This document shows, in pieces, positions 59,816 through 64,000 of a stretch of DNA of 64,000 nucleotides. How positions within the stretch are numbered: position 1 is the stretch's first letter; the number at the start of each line of letters is the position of its first letter. The stretch covers positions 1,728,001-1,792,000 of the forward strand of contig CBDCSU010000006.1 of NCBI GenBank assembly GCA_965221775.1, read 5' to 3'. Under the pieces are notes generated by a model, which worked only from the letters and a program-made list of their open reading frames with translations, was not told where the DNA came from and made no database searches. Made by a program: the position numbers and the translations under genes. This DNA comes from Candidatus Latescibacterota bacterium (GTDB taxonomy: Bacteria; Latescibacterota; UBA2968; UBA8231).

Positions 59816-60783
59816 CCACCCCGGAGTCCGTCCGCGGTCCCCGGCTCTCCGTGGTCCTGCCCACATACCGGGCGCCGGAGTTGCTGGCCGCGGCCTTGCG
59901 CTCCCTTGCCGCCCAGGATGTAGCGGCCGGCATGGCGGAGATCATCGTGGTCGACGATGGCTCGCCGGGCTTCGACCCCCTTCCACTCCCGGAACTCGCC
60001 GCGCCTCTGCCGGTGCGCTCCATTCATTTCGAGCGAAACCGCGGCCGGGCAGCGGCACGCAACGCCGGAATCGAGTCAGCCCGGGGGGAGGTGGTCGTCT
60101 TTCTCGATGGAGACATGACCGTCAGGCCCGGTTTCCTGTCTGCTCACGATGCCTTCCACCGGCACAGCCCCGGATGCGCCGCCGTCGGCGAAATCCGCTG
60201 GGGGCCGGAGATTCCGGACACCGCTCTCACTCGCTATTTCTCCAGCCGCGGGGTAGCCCGGTTCGAGCCGGGTCCCGTGCCCTTCAAGTGCTTCGTCACC
60301 GGCAACTCCTCCGTGCCCCTGTCGATTCTGCATGCGCTCGGAGGCTTCGATGAGGGACTGTCGGCCTACGGCGGCGAAGACCTGGAGCTGGGCTACCGCC
60401 TCCACCTGCATGGAGTGCCCGTCCACTCGCTACCCGGGGCCCGGAGCCTCCATCACAGTTGGAGGCCGCTTGCCGACACCTGCCGGGCCATGGAGACCTA
60501 CGGGCGGAAGTCGCTGCCCCGGATGGTCGACACCCACCCCGACCTTGCTTCGGTCCTGCGCCTCGGCTTCCTGGCCCGGGGCCGGCTCGACCCACGAAGA
60601 TGGCTGCCGCGCATGGCCCTCTGGGGACCCCTGTACCACGGTGTCCGGTGGCCGGCCGAACGCGTGGGCAAGGCGCCCTGGCCGTCCATTCTCTACGACT
60701 ACCTGTGCTGGGCGGGCCGGACCCGCGGCTACCTTCAGGCCCGTGGCCGGGACATGCCGTCCAGGGCCGGGCCCGAAGGGTGA
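59812..60783 (+). CDS. Glycosyltransferase family 2
   Basis: SVVLPTY, VVDDGS, AARNAG, FLDGD, GGED.ELG.RL. Confidence 0.9.
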   Translation: MTTPESVRGPRLSVVLPTYRAPELLAAALRSLAAQDVAAGMAEIIVVDDGSPGFDPLPLPELAAPLPVRSIHFERNRGRAAARNAGIESARGEVVVFLDGDMTVRPGFLSAHDAFHRHSPGCAAVGEIRWGPEIPDTALTRYFSSRGVARFEPGPVPFKCFVTGNSSVPLSILHALGGFDEGLSAYGGEDLELGYRLHLHGVPVHSLPGARSLHHSWRPLADTCRAMETYGRKSLPRMVDTHPDLASVLRLGFLARGRLDPRRWLPRMALWGPLYHGVRWPAERVGKAPWPSILYDYLCWAGRTRGYLQARGRDMPSRAGPEG

Positions 60784-60854
60784 TCACCCGTTTTGGCGTC
60801 GAGAACCGCCGATCCTACCTTGGTCGAGGGCATGACGAGCCCGGGGGGATAGTG

Positions 60855-61364
60855 ATGCGTGTTGGAAGCAAGTGGGGCTTGGCCGGCCTGCTGGTCTGCT
60901 CCATCGTTGCCTTGCCAACCTCGGCAGAGGAGGATGGCGCAACGATTTGGGGCCCCGACCGCGCGAGCACGGTGAAAGCGATGAAGCAGGTGGTGCGCGC
61001 CCTGGGCGTAAGGAGCTGCCTGTACTGCCACGTAAAGTCGGAGGGACGGGTAGACTACGAGGCCGAGACAGAGCACAAGGAAATCGCCCGGATCATGAAG
61101 CGCGCCTTTGTCGACAGCCTGGTGACGCGAGGTGGTGGAGAGCTGGTGCTGAAGGAAGAGGACGAGACGCTGAGAATCAGTGCCCGCTACGAGCCCCGGG
61201 GCGAGGATGCCGGGATCTACATCACGATGGTGGAAGAGACCGTGGGAGGAAAGCCGGGCCGGGCGGTTGAAGGACGGGTCGATCTCCCCGGGAGCGGTCA
61301 GTTGACCTGCGCCACCTGCCACGCCGGCAGCGTGCACTTTCTGCCACAGCCGGGAGAGGGCTGA
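60855..61364 (+). CDS. Exported diheme c-type cytochrome (PufC-like motif spacing)
   Basis: Signal peptide; M..LGV..CLYCH, K.IARIM, CATCH. Confidence 0.78.
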   Translation: MRVGSKWGLAGLLVCSIVALPTSAEEDGATIWGPDRASTVKAMKQVVRALGVRSCLYCHVKSEGRVDYEAETEHKEIARIMKRAFVDSLVTRGGGELVLKEEDETLRISARYEPRGEDAGIYITMVEETVGGKPGRAVEGRVDLPGSGQLTCATCHAGSVHFLPQPGEG

Positions 61365-61374
61365 GGCAGGCGGG

Positions 61375-62250
61375 TCAGCCCGCCAGCGCTTCCTGCACGG
61401 TTTCGCCGATCTCGGCCGGGCTTCGGCAGACGCGGATCCCGGCCGCCTCCATGGCCTTCATCTTGTCCTCGGCGGTTCCCTCTCCGCCGGAGACAATGGC
61501 ACCCGCGTGACCCATCCTGCGGCCGGGAGGGGCGGTGCGCCCGGCGATGAAGCCGATCACCGGTCGATCGAAGTGGCGCCGCACGTAACGCGCTGCTTCC
61601 TCCTCGGCCGTACCCCCGATCTCGCCGATCATGACCACGGCCCGGGTTCCCTCGTCGTCGCGGAACAGCTTGAAGGCCTCCAGGAAGCTGGTACCGATGA
61701 TCGGGTCGCCGCCGATCCCTATGCATGTCGACTGACCCAGACCCCGTTCCGTCAGCTGCCAGACCGCCTCGTAGGTGAGCGTGCCCGAACGGGAGATGAC
61801 CCCCACGTCGCCTGCGTGGAAGATCGACCCGGGCATGATCCCGATCTTGCACTCTCCCGGGGTGATCACGCCCGGACAGTTCGGGCCGATGAGGCGAGTC
61901 CCGCGGTGGTCGCGCAGGTATTCGCCCACGCGCACCATGTCGGCCACCGGGATACCCTCGCTGATGCAGGCGACGGTAGCCATCCCGGCGTCGGCCGCCT
62001 CCATGATCGCGTCGGCGGCGAAGGGGGCGGGCACGAAGACGACGGAGGCGTCCGCCCCGGTCTCCGCGACCCCCTGGGCGACGGTGTTGAACACGGGCAG
62101 GCCCTCGAAGGTCTGACCGCCCTTGCCGGGCGTCGATCCGCCCACGACGCGGGTGCCGTACTCGACCATCTGCCGGGTGTGGAAAGACCCTTCGGACCCT
62201 GTGATCCCCTGGACAAAGACCCGGGTCGCTCTATCGACGAGGACACTCAT
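61375..62250 (-). CDS. sucD: Succinyl-CoA synthetase alpha subunit
   Basis: [26 protein letters not shown]; start MSVLVD overlaps the sucC stop. Confidence 0.97.
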   Translation of the reverse strand: MSVLVDRATRVFVQGITGSEGSFHTRQMVEYGTRVVGGSTPGKGGQTFEGLPVFNTVAQGVAETGADASVVFVPAPFAADAIMEAADAGMATVACISEGIPVADMVRVGEYLRDHRGTRLIGPNCPGVITPGECKIGIMPGSIFHAGDVGVISRSGTLTYEAVWQLTERGLGQSTCIGIGGDPIIGTSFLEAFKLFRDDEGTRAVVMIGEIGGTAEEEAARYVRRHFDRPVIGFIAGRTAPPGRRMGHAGAIVSGGEGTAEDKMKAMEAAGIRVCRSPAEIGETVQEALAG

Positions 62251-63401
62251 GGCAGCAGGGCCACGGCCTTCTCGGCCGCATCCTTGAGTCCGGTGCCCAC
62301 GGTGAAGTCGAGCTCCGAGTCGTTGAGCATTTCCGCGGCCACCTCGGCGTTCGTGCCGGCCAGACGAACGACCACCGGAACCTGCACGGCGACGTTTTCC
62401 TGGGCCTGGATCACCCCTTGGGCGACGCGGTCGCAACGCACGATGCCACCGAAGATGTTGATGAGTATCGCCTTGACCTTCGCATCGGCCAGCAGGATGC
62501 GGAACCCGTTCTCCACCGTCTCGGCGCTGGCCCCGCCCCCGATGTCGAGGAAGTTGGCGGGCTCTCCACCGGCGAGCTTGATGATGTCCATCGTCGCCAT
62601 GGCCAAGCCCGCGCCGTTCACCATGCAGCCGATGTCCCCGTCGAGCCGGATGTAGCTGAGGCCGTGCTTGGAGGCTTCGACCTCCAGAGGGTCTTCCTCG
62701 TCCAGGTCCCGCAGCTCGGCATGGTCCTTGCGCCACAGCACCGCGTTGTCGTCGAAGTTGATCTTCGCGTCGAGGGCCAACACCCGGCCATCGGTGACGA
62801 CGAGGGGGTTGATCTCGACGATGGAGCATGAGGCCGAACGGTACGCCTCGTAGAGCTTGATCAGCAGTCCGGCCACGGAGCGAGCCAGAGCGCCCTCGAA
62901 ACCGAGGCCGAAAGCCAGCCGGTTCGCCTGGAAGGGCAACAGGCCAAGGCCCGGGTGCACGGCCTCGCGCAGGATCGCCCCGGGGTTTGCGGCTGCCACC
63001 TCTTCGATCTCCACGCCGCCCTCCTGGCTGGCCATGACGACGTCGCGGCCCTGGGCCCGGTCGAGGGTGATGCCGAGGTACAGCTCCTGATCGATGGTGC
63101 TGGCCCTTTCCACCAGGACCTGCTTCACCTTCCGGCCCTCGGGGCCGGTCTGATGGGTCACCAGCTGCATGCCGAGGATCTGCCCGGCGGCCTTCCGTGC
63201 ATCTGCGGCCGATTCGGCGAGCGCGATGCCGCCGCCCTTCCCCCTCCCGCCGGCGTGGATCTGCGCCTTCACGACGACGGGCCCGCCCAGCTCCCGGGCC
63301 ACGGATTCGGCCTCCTCCGGACTGTGGGCCACGCCGCCGGCAGGCACGGGCACACCGTGTCGCCGCAGCAACTCCTTTGCCTGGAATTCGTGGATCTTCA
63401 T
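62247..63401 (-). CDS. sucC: Succinyl-CoA synthetase beta subunit
   Basis: [35 protein letters not shown]. Confidence 0.97.
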   Translation of the reverse strand: MKIHEFQAKELLRRHGVPVPAGGVAHSPEEAESVARELGGPVVVKAQIHAGGRGKGGGIALAESAADARKAAGQILGMQLVTHQTGPEGRKVKQVLVERASTIDQELYLGITLDRAQGRDVVMASQEGGVEIEEVAAANPGAILREAVHPGLGLLPFQANRLAFGLGFEGALARSVAGLLIKLYEAYRSASCSIVEINPLVVTDGRVLALDAKINFDDNAVLWRKDHAELRDLDEEDPLEVEASKHGLSYIRLDGDIGCMVNGAGLAMATMDIIKLAGGEPANFLDIGGGASAETVENGFRILLADAKVKAILINIFGGIVRCDRVAQGVIQAQENVAVQVPVVVRLAGTNAEVAAEMLNDSELDFTVGTGLKDAAEKAVALLP

Positions 63402-63525
63402 GTTCCCGCACTCTCTCGCAGAGACGTTGCCCTGCCGGGGTCAAGAGGGCTGGCGGGTCGCCTCGCCCGGCTCCGGATGGCTCAGGATCTTCGGGATGAG
63501 GCCGGGCCCTCCGACGGAGGGCGGC

Positions 63526-63885
63526 TCACAGCAAGACCAACAACAGCCAGGCCGCGGCGGCGGTGCCTGCCAGCGCCACCCCGTAGCAGAGCACGGCCAC
63601 CGGCATGTGGGCGCGGATCCCGAGCTCGTACAGGGTGAAGCGGATACGGTGAGCGGCGTGAAACAGGGGCATGGCCAGCAGGACGAAGAGATACACCCTC
63701 ACCAGGGGAGAACCGGTCAAGGCCTGCATGCGCCCGTAGGCAACGTCCCCTGGGTCGATCCAGGCCAAGGGGACCGCCAGGCCGTCCAGCAGGATATGGA
63801 TCGGTACCAGCAGGGCGGCCACGACGCCGCCGGCCGAGAACATCCCCCACCAGAAGGGCTCCTTGGTGTCTTTCCTGTAGTTCAC
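63526..63885 (-). CDS. frdD: Fumarate reductase subunit D
   Basis: EPFWWGMFSAGG..AA, HAAHRI, CYG. Confidence 0.88.
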   Translation of the reverse strand: MNYRKDTKEPFWWGMFSAGGVVAALLVPIHILLDGLAVPLAWIDPGDVAYGRMQALTGSPLVRVYLFVLLAMPLFHAAHRIRFTLYELGIRAHMPVAVLCYGVALAGTAAAAWLLLVLL

Positions 63886-63895
63886 GCCGAACCGT

Positions 63896-64000
63896 TCACG
63901 CGCCGAGGAAGTACGCCGCCACGGCTGCAGAGATCACGACCCAGGCGCCGAGGGCGCCCGCCAGCATCATCCACCCTGGCATGGTCCAGGCGCCCAGGCG
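63896..64000 (-). CDS. frdC: Partial 3' end of probable fumarate reductase subunit C
   Basis: RLGAWTMPGWMMLAGALGAWVVISAAVAAYFLGA-stop, directly upstream of frdD; truncated by the window edge. Confidence 0.6.
   Translation of the reverse strand, partial: RLGAWTMPGWMMLAGALGAWVVISAAVAAYFLGA

Noticed and set aside
61375-63444. SucC-SucD fusion (689 aa)
   Set aside because: The upstream part is an off-frame read of sucC; the genes overlap by 4 bp in different frames

Overview
High-GC bacterial chromosomal window. The T9SS/FlgD-type C-terminal domains and the gene content suggest the FCB superphylum, plausibly Latescibacterota-like; this is inference. About 61 CDS and one tRNA-Gln(TTG) are supported. 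The left half (1-34 kb) is accessory and catabolic. It holds thpR, a FIST protein, creatininase, SDR, an amidase, a C2H2-finger gene coupled to a TIM-barrel gene, dgcN-dgcA, a DUF1016-N/degenerate thermonuclease, an ATP-dependent DNA ligase, an exported RidA, hydrolases, an AbiEii-type pair, an NAD-linked formate dehydrogenase, two tandem secreted beta-helix paralogs, a DtxR/MntR-like regulator and gap. The right half is largely core. It holds ispE-tRNAGln-rplY-pth-hppA-rpsF-DUF2232-rplI (with no prs, ssb or rpsR), a TPR/sigma54/DegP/PepP operon, a variant cytochrome c maturation cluster (Cys-type CcmE, CcmF-CcmH fusion with an internal signal-peptide-like segment), twin DUF151-UVR nucleases, glycosyltransferases, a diheme cytochrome, sucCD and frdD/frdC. 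No transposase, integrase, reverse transcriptase or CRISPR array was seen. All calls come from motif recognition by eye, with no database search. Many starts were moved relative to the supplied ORF track.
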